A stretch of 64,000 bases of DNA, from contig JAHDYR010000005.1 in assembly GCA_019828565.1 (NCBI GenBank), forward strand, positions 62,001 to 126,000. The letters are read 5' to 3'. Shown piece after piece: positions 63,242 to 64,000 of the stretch (position 1 is the stretch's first letter; every line of letters starts with the position of its first letter). A program made the position numbers and the translations under genes. This DNA is from Carpediemonas membranifera BICM. Lineage: Eukaryota > Protista > Fornicata. Under the pieces are notes generated by a model, which searched no databases, was not told the origin of the DNA, and saw nothing but the letters and a program-made list of their open reading frames with translations.

Positions 63242-64000
63242 CGTTGAGCGTGGTTTATAAATCCTGCAGCAGACGAGATGAGAGTTTGACCCGTCGTTTG
63301 AGTCATAAACTTAAATAAATACATGCCCGTGGCGTAACATCAAACAACAAAAGTACTGTGCAATATCACATTGACACACCTCTGCGCTGAGTGGACCATC
63401 ACGCCCATGATTTGGAGGTGACGCTCACAGAGCCACACGAACATGTTCAGCGTCACTCGTCATGTTGGTCGACCTGAGTCATCCTTGTCACTTCACAGAC
63501 TGTGAGTTATGATCTATGATCCAAGTCATATCAGCAGAACCCGGGACTGAGGATGCCCCGCCATTTCGAGAGAATAGCTTGTTCATCGCTATCGAAAGTA
63601 CTCAACGGCGCTTGGTGCTCAATGTCTGAATCGGGCTACCACACGCAGATCAGCAGGCAGGATTGGTCGAGTCGCCATTCACTCCTCTCTTGAGGTTCGT
63701 CAGGACGCAGTTTAGCATCGAGCAAAATTCGACAAAAATCTGGAGGCAATAAGCATCGATGATAGACACATCGTACATTGCTGAAGATATTATTGCCCCG
63801 CCATCTCCATTACCCATTTCCACTGATCTGGCAAGTTTTTCTCCATCAGAACAGAACATCCAAAGAAGAAGAACCCTCTCCAGGGATTTAGAGGAGTACA
63901 CGGGCTGCACACAAATCCCAACACCGCAGTTTAGACCCGAACCGCTCGTAGATCTCGAAGAAGAGGAGCATCCGCCAGCCTCGTCATACGCTGTGATCCA

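Noticed and set aside
63650-64000. Minus-strand ORF at window end
   Set aside because: Short, possibly truncated by the window edge, and no identifiable motif.

Overview
Gene-dense, nearly intron-free eukaryotic (protist) DNA. Three 29-35 nt introns, a TmcB-like gene, an RCC1-like pseudogene and a bacterial-type PepD suggest a free-living fornicate/metamonad such as Carpediemonas (inference only). There are two transposon clusters. (i) 1-7250 is a decayed cluster: tyrosine-recombinase (YR) and methyltransferase-like fragments of DIRS-type retroelement(s), a chromodomain Ty3/Gypsy element, a second Gypsy fragment and an IS630/Tc1-like transposase. (ii) 23.7-36.3 kb is a three-layer nest. A DIRS-like element has its YR gene split by Gypsy A (78-bp LTRs, 5-bp TSD), and A is itself split by Gypsy B (82-bp LTRs, 4-bp TSD) and a 130-bp solo LTR; a tRNA-Gly(GCC) gene lies next to the nest. 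Main observations: all three Gypsy elements with a 5' end carry a perfect palindrome instead of a tRNA primer-binding site directly after the 5' LTR, a candidate tRNA-independent priming system. A Fanzor1-like RuvC ORF (59966-60913) has downstream hairpins and a 17-nt sequence at the expected guide position that matches its own coding region. A 2551-aa protein fuses La-RRM, DEAH helicase, RING-IBR, PARP-like, two WWE and nucleotidyltransferase domains. Other host genes: DHHC palmitoyltransferase, NUS1-like, KIF-binding protein, LRR receptor-like, Kelch/coiled-coil/WD40 giant, EF-hand and lectin-like propeller proteins.
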